Assembly: GCA_964372485.1 (NCBI GenBank)
Contig: CAYJQI010000001.1
Location: 707,829 to 771,828, forward strand
Origin: an uncultured archaeon
GTDB lineage: Archaea > Aenigmatarchaeota > Aenigmatarchaeia > CG10238-14 > SCSR01
Direction of reading: 5' to 3'
Length of the DNA: 64,000 nucleotides
Shown here in pieces: positions 16,254 through 25,632 of this stretch; positions within the stretch are counted from its first letter, which is position 1, and each line of letters begins with the position of its first letter. A model generated the notes under the pieces. That model was not told where the DNA came from and did not search any database. It saw nothing but the letters and a program-made list of their open reading frames with translations. A program made the position numbers and the translations under genes.

Positions 16254-19200
16254 TCTGTTTTATTTTCGATATTACATATCTTAATCTGGCGGCAACTGGC
16301 CTTTCGGTTCTTCTGGATTTGATGAGGTATATAATTCCAATGGCAATTGCTCCTCCGATTATGAATATTACAATGGTGAAGATAATTGACCTTTTACTCA
16401 CATTGAAGACAACTTCCTTTATGTAGAAATCTTCATCCCAATCGATTATCATATCTGCTATATATGATCCTATCACTGCATCATCTGGAACTGCTATTGA
16501 GAACAAAAATTCCTTCTTTTCACCTGGAGATACGTCAGCTGATATAGTTTCTGGAGACATCTTCCATCCGCTCGGTAGTCTTATGGATATTCCCAATTTC
16601 TTAGTTTCACTGCCTGTATTTTCAACCACTATCTTTCCTATTGTGCTCCTACCTTCCTTCAATGACGGAATTGTGAACTCTACTAATTTGAATCCAGTTG
16701 GGAATTTGCTTTCGATTATACTGAGTTCTCTAATTGGGAAATAAATATATGGTGTAAACTCATCGAGTATTTTATTGACGGAATAAGATAATGATCTGGA
16801 ACTTCCTACAACAAGATCTTCTATTGACCATTCGACTATAGGATCATCTTGGATAATTTGATCTGGATATGGTGCAAATTCAATTTCTTTAACACTCTGC
16901 GCAAGAATTTTTGGAACTTCTTCAGTTACTTCAATAAGTGATCTATTGATATCAGTTGGGTTAGATACTATTAATTCAACAGTAGTTTTGTTTGTGGTAT
17001 AGTCCAAACTAATTTCACGAGTAACAATTGGTCTATCTCCTAATTGTTCAACATTTTTGATTCTAAGCATGAAAAATACTGAAGCTTCAGCAACTGAATT
17101 TTTAACATTTATGAATACACTTCTATCTCCAATTTGTGTATTTTCAGGGACCGTGATGCTTATGGTAAATCCTCCTGTACTTCCTGGACTTAGATCTAAA
17201 CTGTCTGGAGTTACGAATATCCATTCCTTTGGAATGCCTGTTACATCTACTTTTAGATCAGTTAAAGTTTCTGATAAAATATTCTTTACTATAATACCTT
17301 CCACAACACTATTGCCTGATTGCACTCCTTTCAATATAGGGAATTTGACAAATTCAATTCCTTTTGATGGTAGTTTAGTAATTGGAGTATCCGGAACTGA
17401 AGATACTGAACCGGGTGATGATGAAGGACTTGGAGACGGGGACGGTGAAGGGGATGGCGATGGACTTGGAGATGGTGTTCCTATTGATACAACTTTATCT
17501 ACTAAATCCGAAAATGAGAAGGCTTGTGATATTATTCTTGTTATAGCTACAAATCTAGCAGCCAATTCATTGAGAGAAAATGCATTTCTAATTTGTATTG
17601 TCAAACTTTGAATTCTTGTTGGAATGTCTGTAAGTTCAATAGCATTAGTTGTTAGTCTAACACGAGTGAAAATATTTGTTATATTATCTAATATGCTCAA
17701 AGCTTGAGTTATCGCTCGGGAAAATACTTGAGATAAACTATTTATTGCTTTTTCTGATAGAAAGATTGGGTTTGTTGTTGTCCTAGGAATGGTTGAGAAT
17801 CTGCTAACTATTTCTTCCAAGTTAATTGCGCTAATAAATGAACGGGTGAATAATAGTAAACGAGTGAATGAGTCCGTAAGATCTATGGCGTTTGTAATAG
17901 ATCTCATTCTTATCATAAGAGCTTGTACATTGTCTGATATATCCAACGCTTGTAATATTACACTAGAAATCACGTGAGATGCAATGCTACGTACTTGTTC
18001 TGTTAAATCGATTGCGGTGGTAATAGATCTTGGAATTAATGAGAATCTACTCACAGCATCTGTTAGGTCGATTGCATTAGTAAAGCTCCTTATAAGTAAT
18101 TGTAATCTTGATGTAGTTTCTGCAAAATTTATTGCATTAGTTACCAATCTCATTCTTGATATAAGAACATTTATATTATCTGTGAGATCGAATGAATTTA
18201 TTATAGTTCTAGGTATTATTCTAATTCTTTCTACAAGTTCTGTTAAATCCATTCCGTTAGTGAAATTCCTAGTAAGTTTTAACATTCTTGTAAAAGTATC
18301 ATTTACATCAATCGCATTAATAAGTAATCTTGCACGAGAAACAAGATTTTGAAGATTATCGGACATATTGAATGCTTGAGTTACAGATTGGAAGAATGTT
18401 TGTTCTGTACCAGAAGATGTTCTATCAAATAATGTAATTCCGTTGGTGAAGAACCTAATTAATGACTGCATACGGCTAAGTGTTTCAGTAAAGTCAATGG
18501 AATTGATAATAAACCTTACCCGTAGAATAAGATTTTGAAAGTTATCTGTGATGTCTAAATTTTGAATTGTCTGTCTTAATCGAGTTAGTGAGGAATTTAA
18601 GTTATCTGTGATGTCAAGTGAAATAGTAACTCTTTTAATTAATGACTGTATTCTACTAAATGTCTCGGTTAGATCTATTGCATTTGTAATGAATCTTGCA
18701 CGTGTGAAGAGATTTGCTATTGTATCTGTTATGTCAAGAGATTGTGTGGTCTGCTTCATCCTAATTACAAATGCTTGAAATGTGTCATTGAGATCTATTG
18801 CATTAGTAAAGTTTCTAAAGAGTAATAATGTTCTCGGGAACACATCGGAAATATCTATTGAATTCACAATAAACATTGTTCGGGTGGATAGATTGCGAAC
18901 CGAGTCCGTAAGATCTATGGCGTTTGTAATAGATCTCATTCTTATAATAAATTTCTGTATTGTATCTGTGAGATCGAACGATTGGGTGATTAGTCTAACT
19001 CGTGTTAATATACTTCCCATTGTATCTGTGATGTCAAGTGATTGTGTTATTTGGCGCAGTCTGATTAACGGAGATGTGATTAATTCGGTGAGATCGAATG
19101 AATTAATGAATGAGCGCGTAAACGAAGCCGTCCGTGCAAAATTCTCTGTTAGGTCAATCGGTAATGTTACAAATTGGGTAATTAGAGGAAGTGTTATCTC

Positions 19201-20628
19201 TGTCTCTAGTCTATCGTTTAGACCTATTGATTGAGTAAACAGACGGGTGAGGGATTGTAATCTGCTTATAGATTCTGTGAGATCTATTTCATTTGTAATG
19301 AATCTTGCACGTGTGAAGAGATTGCGTATATTATCTGATATATCCAACGCTTGCAGTATAGTTTTGGGTAATGTCCTGAACATATCTGACATATCGGTTA
19401 AATCCAATGATTGGGTGAAGAAACGCTTGAGGGATTGTAAAAGACTGTAAGAATCTGACAAGTCGATTGATTGGGTGATTAGTCTAACTCGTGTTAGTAT
19501 ACTGCTTATAGATTCTGTGAGATCTATGGATTGTAAAGTCTGTATTATTCTGGTAAATGGCGGTGATTTGGATTCAGTCAGATCTAGAGATTGGATGAAG
19601 AAACGGATAAGAGATTGTAATCGGCCTAAGGTTTCGGTAAGATCGGTTGATTGAATTAAAAGTCTTACCCTTGTAAGGAATGTTGATATGCTATCAGTCA
19701 GATCCAAGGACTGGGTAAAGAATTTTACCAAAGAATTTTGAAATCCTCGGATTGCTGTTAATGTCAATGAATTTGTCAATTGTATGCCAGAAAATTGGAT
19801 TTTCGGCGAGTTTCCTGTGAAGAGAAACGCTTCTAATATGTCAACGTTAGTTGTTTGTATTGATGGTGTGATTGTGACAGAGACGTTTGCATTGCCAGTG
19901 AATGTAATAGATTGTCCAAGTCTTTGAAAGAGATTTAAAATTTTAATTACATTATCTGTCAATGATATCGATTGTCTAATTTCAACCGGAGACCAGTTTA
20001 CTGTAAGATTTATCCAATCTACGCCACATCCTTCAGAACCTTCTTGATTAACTCCCATGACTAAGATTGTCACATTTTTTGTATGACCAACATATTTAAC
20101 TACTTCTGAATTTGTAGTAATGTTAAATCTCTCGGTTGTTTCAGTTGTAAGTGGTTGAGTTGTACTAATATTTACCCAACTATTGCCTGTCGTATTTGCA
20201 AGATAAGTTGTACAAACTTCACCCGCATCATTTGTGCTGGCACCCTTGACTTCAACATATACAGTCATCCAATTGATAGTGCTTGCAGATTCATTTATTG
20301 TGAAATTGAAACGCATCCAAGGATCATCATTGGTAGCAGTTGAATTTGCCCAGCACCATACATCGTTAGAAGTTGCCAGATATCTATAACACATAGCACT
20401 ACCATTAGAACCAACCCATCCTTCTGTAAATGCAGGTGGTGGAGAAATGTCAGTGGTATTGAAAGTAAACACATTTTTCTTTGTCGAAGGATTCATTCCG
20501 CTGGAATTGCTAAAGTTATAATAAGTCTCGTATATTACTGCTGCTTCAACTTCTACAGAAATTAAAGTAAGTATAGCGATGAATGCCAATAATATGATTA
20601 ATTTTTTCATTTTATCAACCTTAGCCAT
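16246..20628 (-). CDS. Giant (1460 aa) secreted surface protein with five parts: an N-terminal beta-rich module, about 41 tandem 20-residue repeats, a (Pro-Ser)n linker, NEW3-like domains and a C-terminal TM anchor
   Basis: Signal peptide MKKLIILLAFIAILTLISVEVEA and many NxS/T sequons. The repeat consensus is about [SA][IL]D[LI]T[DE]xxxxxxRxRxI[TI][NQ]. The linker is PSPSPSPSPSPSPSPSSSP. Two P.[GE]W modules are present, and the C-terminal helix is IIFTIVIFIIGGAIAIGIIYLI. Confidence 0.85.
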   Translation of the reverse strand: MAKVDKMKKLIILLAFIAILTLISVEVEAAVIYETYYNFSNSSGMNPSTKKNVFTFNTTDISPPPAFTEGWVGSNGSAMCYRYLATSNDVWCWANSTATNDDPWMRFNFTINESASTINWMTVYVEVKGASTNDAGEVCTTYLANTTGNSWVNISTTQPLTTETTERFNITTNSEVVKYVGHTKNVTILVMGVNQEGSEGCGVDWINLTVNWSPVEIRQSISLTDNVIKILNLFQRLGQSITFTGNANVSVTITPSIQTTNVDILEAFLFTGNSPKIQFSGIQLTNSLTLTAIRGFQNSLVKFFTQSLDLTDSISTFLTRVRLLIQSTDLTETLGRLQSLIRFFIQSLDLTESKSPPFTRIIQTLQSIDLTESISSILTRVRLITQSIDLSDSYSLLQSLKRFFTQSLDLTDMSDMFRTLPKTILQALDISDNIRNLFTRARFITNEIDLTESISRLQSLTRLFTQSIGLNDRLETEITLPLITQFVTLPIDLTENFARTASFTRSFINSFDLTELITSPLIRLRQITQSLDITDTMGSILTRVRLITQSFDLTDTIQKFIIRMRSITNAIDLTDSVRNLSTRTMFIVNSIDISDVFPRTLLLFRNFTNAIDLNDTFQAFVIRMKQTTQSLDITDTIANLFTRARFITNAIDLTETFSRIQSLIKRVTISLDITDNLNSSLTRLRQTIQNLDITDNFQNLILRVRFIINSIDFTETLSRMQSLIRFFTNGITLFDRTSSGTEQTFFQSVTQAFNMSDNLQNLVSRARLLINAIDVNDTFTRMLKLTRNFTNGMDLTELVERIRIIPRTIINSFDLTDNINVLISRMRLVTNAINFAETTSRLQLLIRSFTNAIDLTDAVSRFSLIPRSITTAIDLTEQVRSIASHVISSVILQALDISDNVQALMIRMRSITNAIDLTDSFTRLLLFTRSFISAINLEEIVSRFSTIPRTTTNPIFLSEKAINSLSQVFSRAITQALSILDNITNIFTRVRLTTNAIELTDIPTRIQSLTIQIRNAFSLNELAARFVAITRIISQAFSFSDLVDKVVSIGTPSPSPSPSPSPSPSPSPSSSPGSVSSVPDTPITKLPSKGIEFVKFPILKGVQSGNSVVEGIIVKNILSETLTDLKVDVTGIPKEWIFVTPDSLDLSPGSTGGFTISITVPENTQIGDRSVFINVKNSVAEASVFFMLRIKNVEQLGDRPIVTREISLDYTTNKTTVELIVSNPTDINRSLIEVTEEVPKILAQSVKEIEFAPYPDQIIQDDPIVEWSIEDLVVGSSRSLSYSVNKILDEFTPYIYFPIRELSIIESKFPTGFKLVEFTIPSLKEGRSTIGKIVVENTGSETKKLGISIRLPSGWKMSPETISADVSPGEKKEFLFSIAVPDDAVIGSYIADMIIDWDEDFYIKEVVFNVSKRSIIFTIVIFIIGGAIAIGIIYLIKSRRTERPVAARLRYVISKIKQSE
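17488..19977 (-). repeat. Coding tandem repeat array, 60-nt (20-codon) period, about 41 diverged copies
   Basis: Protein residues ~218-1047 can be cut into consecutive 20-mers. Examples are SLDLTDSISTFLTRVRLLIQ, STDLTETLGRLQSLIRFFIQ and SIDLTESISSILTRVRLITQ. A few units are 24-30 aa. Confidence 0.8.
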
Positions 20629-20831
20629 TCATTTTTCAAGTAGTGAAGAGTGACAGCTCCTATACGTCTTCGGTGAACTTCACCCAAAGCTTCAAGAACA
20701 AGAATGTATTTTGTAACAGTCTGGCGATGAGAATCCATAATTCTAGCTAATTCGGTTATTGTCAATCCTTCTGGATGTGATTTGAGAACAGTGACCAATC
20801 TTTCCTTTATTTTTTCACTATTATTGTTCAT
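20607..20831 (-). CDS. Small winged-helix transcriptional regulator; start reassigned to the internal Met
   Basis: MNNNSEKIKERLVTVLKSHPEGLTITELARIMDSHRQTVTKYILVLEALGEVHRRRIG is a MarR/ArsR-like wHTH. The 39 codons upstream in the track ORF are AT-rich promoter-like sequence. The gene overlaps the start of the giant gene by 22 nt. Confidence 0.6.
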   Translation of the reverse strand: MNNNSEKIKERLVTVLKSHPEGLTITELARIMDSHRQTVTKYILVLEALGEVHRRRIGAVTLHYLKNEWLRLIK

Positions 20832-21028
20832 CTTTAATGTACACCTAAAGATATCATCGTTATTAACGAATTGGTTTTTTTGATATTTAAAGCGTCGAGA
20901 AATTGTAACGTATGCTTTTGCGTATAGTAAATTATTTAAGTAGAACATTCTTCAAAAGAGGTAAATTTTCCTGAAAAATTAGAGGAATTGGCATGAAGGT
21001 AATAAAATCAAAAATAAAAATAAAAAAT

Positions 21029-21682
21029 TTAAACAACCCAGATAAACCAAGTCACGTTTATCTTGTCATTGTTGTTCAATGTTGCTGTTGTGAATGTATT
21101 CTGTGCGAAGAATACCATTTGACCACCTGATTCGTTTCCTGTTGAATTGAATATTCCTGTTCCATTGACATGTTGACCATCACATGTGCTTGTAAATTCT
21201 CTGGTTAAGCTCCAGTTTCCGGCTGATGGTGCGGCTGTACTGTTAATTCTGACAGCATTTGCTACAGCAACCCCCATACCGCATGTGGTGTTAAGTATAC
21301 CACAGAGATGTGTTTCTGAAGCGTTCATAGCTGCTGCACATCCTGGGACTCCTGATGGAATTCTGACTGATATTCCAATAGAATTAATGGATGTGTTATG
21401 AAGTGTCAAATTAGTTGAACCTGCAAGAGTTCCTGCAAGTTGCACTGCAGTGAAATTCATTCCACTGTGTTGGAATAAATTCTTAGAACATCCCAAATTT
21501 TCAACAGAACCGTCTGCGCGTGTTACTTTTTTACAAACTGCTGAATGATATGTTAAGAATGCTGTATCTTCCTGACTAGAAGATAATGTTGTAACTCCTG
21601 TAGGACTGTAAATTGTTGTCCCCAATGTGAAAGCTATCACTGAAACGATAGCTATCAACGGTAAAATGTATAAAGTTTTCAT
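21029..21682 (-). CDS. Secreted or anchored Cys-containing protein with at least 10 N-glycosylation sequons
   Basis: N-terminal hydrophobic segment LYILPLIAIVSVIAFTLG. Sequons seen include NLT, NTS, NAS, NTT, NST, NWS, NGT, NES and NVT. No family was recognised. Confidence 0.5.
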   Translation of the reverse strand: MKTLYILPLIAIVSVIAFTLGTTIYSPTGVTTLSSSQEDTAFLTYHSAVCKKVTRADGSVENLGCSKNLFQHSGMNFTAVQLAGTLAGSTNLTLHNTSINSIGISVRIPSGVPGCAAAMNASETHLCGILNTTCGMGVAVANAVRINSTAAPSAGNWSLTREFTSTCDGQHVNGTGIFNSTGNESGGQMVFFAQNTFTTATLNNNDKINVTWFIWVV

Positions 21683-21735
21683 CTTATTCTTTTAATATCT
21701 TGTGGTTTTTTATTTAAATATCTTTTCCGATGAGT

Positions 21736-22245
21736 TTAAGCCATTCTAAATTCCAAATATGCTACCAACAATCCTAAAGGTAGGCTTGAAGCGTCGCCGG
21801 ATATCAAAAATCCAACTAATGCGAACAAAGCACCTATGCCAAGGGCTTTTCCTACCTTCATCCACATATTTGGCTTATTAGTGAAGGGTGATTTAACAGC
21901 CATGTGCACATTCCTCCTTTCCATTATAACAAAGATTGAAGTTAAAATAGCTGTAAAAGTGTAAAGAGACCAGAAAAAGATTGTATTAAGTGTAGCAATG
22001 TTACCTATTCCCGGAACATATGCAGGAAGAGTAACTAAACCTAACATGTAAGAGTTTGTTGCGCGTGTGACTTTAACACTAATCGCTTGTCCTACACCAA
22101 CAACTTCACCTCCACCTGATTTTGAAATTTGAGATGATTCCCTCACAACTTCATTATCAATTGACGCACCGTTTATGAAACTAGTATATAACAAAACAAG
22201 TACGACGAAAATAACTGGTATCAAAAAGAATTTTTTGTATCTCAT
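21736..22245 (-). CDS. Membrane protein, unknown function
   Basis: N-terminal anchor plus 3 predicted helices. Confidence 0.45.
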   Translation of the reverse strand: MRYKKFFLIPVIFVVLVLLYTSFINGASIDNEVVRESSQISKSGGGEVVGVGQAISVKVTRATNSYMLGLVTLPAYVPGIGNIATLNTIFFWSLYTFTAILTSIFVIMERRNVHMAVKSPFTNKPNMWMKVGKALGIGALFALVGFLISGDASSLPLGLLVAYLEFRMA

Positions 22246-22295
22246 TACTTAGAGTATGTGTTCGAGAATTTAAATTTTATCTTCTATCACTAATT

Positions 22296-24251
22296 ATGAA
22301 TTCTGTTTCTAACATAAGAGATAAACTATCCAAATATCATGATCTTATCATAATTCTTATTCTATTACTGACTCCGATTCTTGTAGCGAGTCCATTATCT
22401 CATAGGTTCTTACCGCTTTCAGATGGAACAGCACACTTTTTCAAAATATGGCTTTTGAGATATGAACTGGATAATTATGGAAAGGTTTTTGATTGGAATC
22501 CGTTTTGGTACGATGGGCATCCTTTGTTTAGATTTTATCCTCCACTGAGTTATTGGATCGCAACATTGTTGAGTTATGTTTTACCCTTTGAACTTTATCA
22601 GATTGTAAATTTGATGGTCTTTTCCAGTTATATTATTCTTTCATTCTCAATGTACTATCTTGCAAGAACATTAGGATTTTCTAAAATTTCAAGTTCAGTT
22701 ATATCAATTTTAACAGTTATTTCACCTGTACTTGCATCAAGTTATGCTTTCATGGGAGTATTTCCTACAAACATCGCACTCGCGTTTGTTCCACTGGCTC
22801 TGGCGTTTTTTGTCAAGAGTTTTGACGAAAATAAACTAAGATATGTTTTGATAACTGCCCTATTGGTGTCGTTTATAATTCTGGTCCATCATCTGACATC
22901 ATATTTTACTGCAGCAATGTTTTTTGTTATTTTACTTGTGAAAAATATTCCGCTTGACTCGATGAAATTAAAACAAACATTAAAATCGTTATTAATAATA
23001 TTTGCAATTATTTTTTTGACAACATCTTTCTGGACAATACCTCTACTTCTTGAATTTGGATATGCAAATTTTATAAATCGGTACACAGTTGATCCGCTTA
23101 AAGTTTTATTTACTTCGTTTTCGAAAGGTTGCATTGAATTATATTGTTTACGTACATTGGGACCTGCATTCACAACTGTAGGATTAATTGGAATTTTGCT
23201 TTCATTTGGAAAATTTGATTTCGTGAAGAATAATATTAATTTCAAATTTACGATAAACAAGAACTATATCCTAATAATTGCAATGTTCTTGACGGTTTTT
23301 TTGATTTTATTTTTATCATTTCTAAAACTATACAAATTCATCCCCTTTGGAACTGGCATAAATTATGAAAGATTCAGCCTGTACATGATTATTCCAATGT
23401 CCCTTTTAGGTGGGATAGTTGTAGAAACCGCCAGAAAAAAATTTGCTCTGTTGGCAATTACTTTGATTGTGTTCTTGATAGCATTTTCTAATTACGCATT
23501 GACTTCTTATAGTAGAAACTATGATCTTCCAGTAGACACATCAACAATTTCATATTCTGACGAAGTTCAGCAACTTTACAATTTCATAAAAGATCAAGAT
23601 GAGGGAAGAATGGCTGTTTACGGAACTTTTAGACCATTTGCATATTCTGCTCTTCCAATTCTAACACAAAGAGAAATGATTAGTGGATGGTATCACGAAA
23701 GTTCATTGATTTATGATACGATTCTTAGCAAGACGGAAGAACCAGATTTAAGGAATGGTGAGTTTCTTGATAAAATATCAGATGAAGAGTTTCTGAAACT
23801 TTTAGATGAAGGATTTGTAAGGTACATTTTCATCAACCTCTGCTCAGAAGAAGGAGGGAAAGTTAATGATGTTCTGATAAAGGAATTTTCTGTTATTTAC
23901 AATCATGATCAGTGTTTTAAAATATTGAAAAATAATGAAACTTACTACACATCTCCTAATCTGGAGTGGGGAAAAATATCGCCTGAAGAAATTATTGTTT
24001 ACAATGTTCCTAATACAGAGTTGATTGTGAAAGAAGCATATTATCCACATTGGCATGCTTATTGTGGCAAAGATGAATTTCCGATAAAATCAAATGAATA
24101 TGGAATGATGAGTATTGACACATCCAACTGCCAAAAATTATATTTGAAATATGAATATCCAATGTTTTACAGTTCGCTTTACTTTGTTTCTCTAATAACT
24201 TTGATCGGAGTAATTCTTAGAATTTTCATAAAACCTAATACTTCATTATGA
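22296..24251 (+). CDS. Large polytopic membrane protein, GT-C-like (ArnT/PMT/oligosaccharyltransferase-like architecture)
   Basis: About 12 N-terminal TM helices are followed by a ~250-aa soluble C-terminal domain and a final TM segment. No WWDYG motif was seen, so AglB cannot be claimed. Confidence 0.4.
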   Translation: MNSVSNIRDKLSKYHDLIIILILLLTPILVASPLSHRFLPLSDGTAHFFKIWLLRYELDNYGKVFDWNPFWYDGHPLFRFYPPLSYWIATLLSYVLPFELYQIVNLMVFSSYIILSFSMYYLARTLGFSKISSSVISILTVISPVLASSYAFMGVFPTNIALAFVPLALAFFVKSFDENKLRYVLITALLVSFIILVHHLTSYFTAAMFFVILLVKNIPLDSMKLKQTLKSLLIIFAIIFLTTSFWTIPLLLEFGYANFINRYTVDPLKVLFTSFSKGCIELYCLRTLGPAFTTVGLIGILLSFGKFDFVKNNINFKFTINKNYILIIAMFLTVFLILFLSFLKLYKFIPFGTGINYERFSLYMIIPMSLLGGIVVETARKKFALLAITLIVFLIAFSNYALTSYSRNYDLPVDTSTISYSDEVQQLYNFIKDQDEGRMAVYGTFRPFAYSALPILTQREMISGWYHESSLIYDTILSKTEEPDLRNGEFLDKISDEEFLKLLDEGFVRYIFINLCSEEGGKVNDVLIKEFSVIYNHDQCFKILKNNETYYTSPNLEWGKISPEEIIVYNVPNTELIVKEAYYPHWHAYCGKDEFPIKSNEYGMMSIDTSNCQKLYLKYEYPMFYSSLYFVSLITLIGVILRIFIKPNTSL

Positions 24252-25172
24252 TTTTAAGCAGTTGTAAATATCTTGTGCTATCAAGCTATATGCAAACTCA
24301 TTGGGATGTAGATCGGTTTCACTTAATGTCAATTCTTCGACCGGTAGTTGGTAAACTTCAACCATTTCACAAATACGAATATTATATTCATCAGCCAAAT
24401 TTTTAATTATTTCCTCATAAGAATCATCACCGAGTGAGAATTTAATCAGAAAAATAATCCCATCATACTTGGATCTTATTAAATTGAACGACTTGTCGAC
24501 ATATTCAAAAATATGAGTGTCATTATTGGCAAAGTCCGTTACTATGCTTTGTTTACAGGTCATTGAACATTGAGTTGTGTTTTCGGATATGTTCAAACAT
24601 TCATTATAACAAACCTTTGCCTCGGGGGCAATATCATTTCGTATAAAAGAAATCAAAAGAATGTCAGGATTGTATTCATAAGCTGTTTTGCTGAAAAGAT
24701 TTGCAACGTTCCATATGTCATATCCGGGAATTCCTAGATTCAAAATTTCGTAATCATCATCTTGGTTCAATAAAACTTGTAATTTCTTTGGCCAAGCATC
24801 ACTAAGATTTACATACCAACCATAGGTAAAACTGTCTCCCATGGCAAGTATTCGTTTTGTATCTTTGGGTTTGTTTAGTTGAAATTCGGCATCTCTGAAA
24901 CCGAGAGAATTTATGTCGATAAAAATTGTCTTATCGTCTCTTGGACATTTTACATGTGTATTGGGGATTAATTCCACATAGAGATCTGTGTCGTTACTGA
25001 GTCTTCGAGTTACATCACAAAAACCAACAATCTTGTACTCGTTATTCTCAAGGATTTTGGTATAGGTAAATTTCTCGCTTGAGTCAGAAAATTTTTCAAT
25101 TGTCTTCCAGACTGCAAAGCCGAAAATTAAGGCGCTTACTACCCATATAACAACGATTATTTTAGTGTTCAT
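24246..25172 (-). CDS. SGNH/GDSL-family hydrolase with an N-terminal membrane anchor; start reassigned to Met-105 of the track ORF
   Basis: The GDSL block is ILAMGDSFTYGW. The anchor is MNTKIIVVIWVVSALIFGFAVW. The upstream 104 codons overlap the rps8 promoter and 5' end on the other strand and look non-coding. Confidence 0.7.
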   Translation of the reverse strand: MNTKIIVVIWVVSALIFGFAVWKTIEKFSDSSEKFTYTKILENNEYKIVGFCDVTRRLSNDTDLYVELIPNTHVKCPRDDKTIFIDINSLGFRDAEFQLNKPKDTKRILAMGDSFTYGWYVNLSDAWPKKLQVLLNQDDDYEILNLGIPGYDIWNVANLFSKTAYEYNPDILLISFIRNDIAPEAKVCYNECLNISENTTQCSMTCKQSIVTDFANNDTHIFEYVDKSFNLIRSKYDGIIFLIKFSLGDDSYEEIIKNLADEYNIRICEMVEVYQLPVEELTLSETDLHPNEFAYSLIAQDIYNCLKS

Positions 25173-25245
25173 TATAAACACGGGTTTAGCGGGGAGATAT
25201 TTAAACTTTTTAAATGCTACTTTACTTAGATATAAGAGTGAACTT

Positions 25246-25632
25246 ATGTTGCAAGATACAGTCGCAGATGGGCTGACAGTCATAAAGAATGCTGAAAGGA
25301 TAGGTAACAGAGACTGTTTAATAAAATCCAGCAAATTGGTAAGCAATATTCTCAAAGTCATGCATGAAAATGGATATATAGGATCTTTTGAAGCCATTGA
25401 AAATGGCAAGGGTGGGGTTTTGAAGGTGGAGCTTAAAGGAAAGATTATAGATATTGCAGTTATCAAACCAAGATTCGCTGTCAAGACGGATCAATATGAA
25501 AAATTTGAGAAAAGATTTCTACCAGCAAGAAATGTAGGTTTGCTTATTGTTTCTACACCAAAAGGAGTGATGGGACATAAGAAAGCCAAGGAAATGGGAC
25601 TTGGTGGAAGACTCTTATCATATATTTATTGA
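25246..25632 (+). CDS. rps8: Ribosomal protein uS8; start reassigned to Met-28 of the track ORF
   Basis: MLQDTVADGLTVIKNAERIG...ILKVMHENGYIGSFE...GRLLSYIY is a canonical uS8 of 128 aa. Confidence 0.93.
   Translation: MLQDTVADGLTVIKNAERIGNRDCLIKSSKLVSNILKVMHENGYIGSFEAIENGKGGVLKVELKGKIIDIAVIKPRFAVKTDQYEKFEKRFLPARNVGLLIVSTPKGVMGHKKAKEMGLGGRLLSYIY

Noticed and set aside
17419-17478. GC-rich imperfect hexanucleotide repeat (ggagac/ggggac/ggtgaa...) that stands out from the AT-rich background
   Set aside because: It is simply the antisense of the (Pro-Ser)10 linker codons in the giant protein and not a regulatory or mobile repeat.
17057-19450. Several plus-strand ORFs (17057..17611, 17789..17977, 17984..18352, 18782..19234, 19247..19450) with their own internal periodicity
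   Set aside because: They are the antisense reading of the 60-nt coding repeats of the giant surface-protein gene. The periodicity is inherited from the sense strand, which has a signal peptide, a linker and an anchor.
17488-19977. Regular ~60-nt periodic repeats that might suggest a CRISPR array or satellite
   Set aside because: The units are contiguous, with no unique spacers, and are diverged at DNA level. They maintain one long open reading frame, so they are protein-coding repeats.
20832-20948. N-terminal 39 codons of the 113-aa wHTH ORF
   Set aside because: The sequence is AT-rich and its translation is non-protein-like (MFYLNNLLYAKAYVTISRRFKYQKN...). The wHTH domain is complete from the internal Met.
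24246-25484. The full 412-aa track ORF as the SGNH hydrolase gene, and the 155-aa track ORF 25165..25632 as uS8
   Set aside because: The two would overlap by 320 nt on opposite strands. The hydrolase homology and its membrane anchor start at Met-105 (25172), and uS8 homology starts at Met-28 (25246). The extensions are promoter-region read-through.
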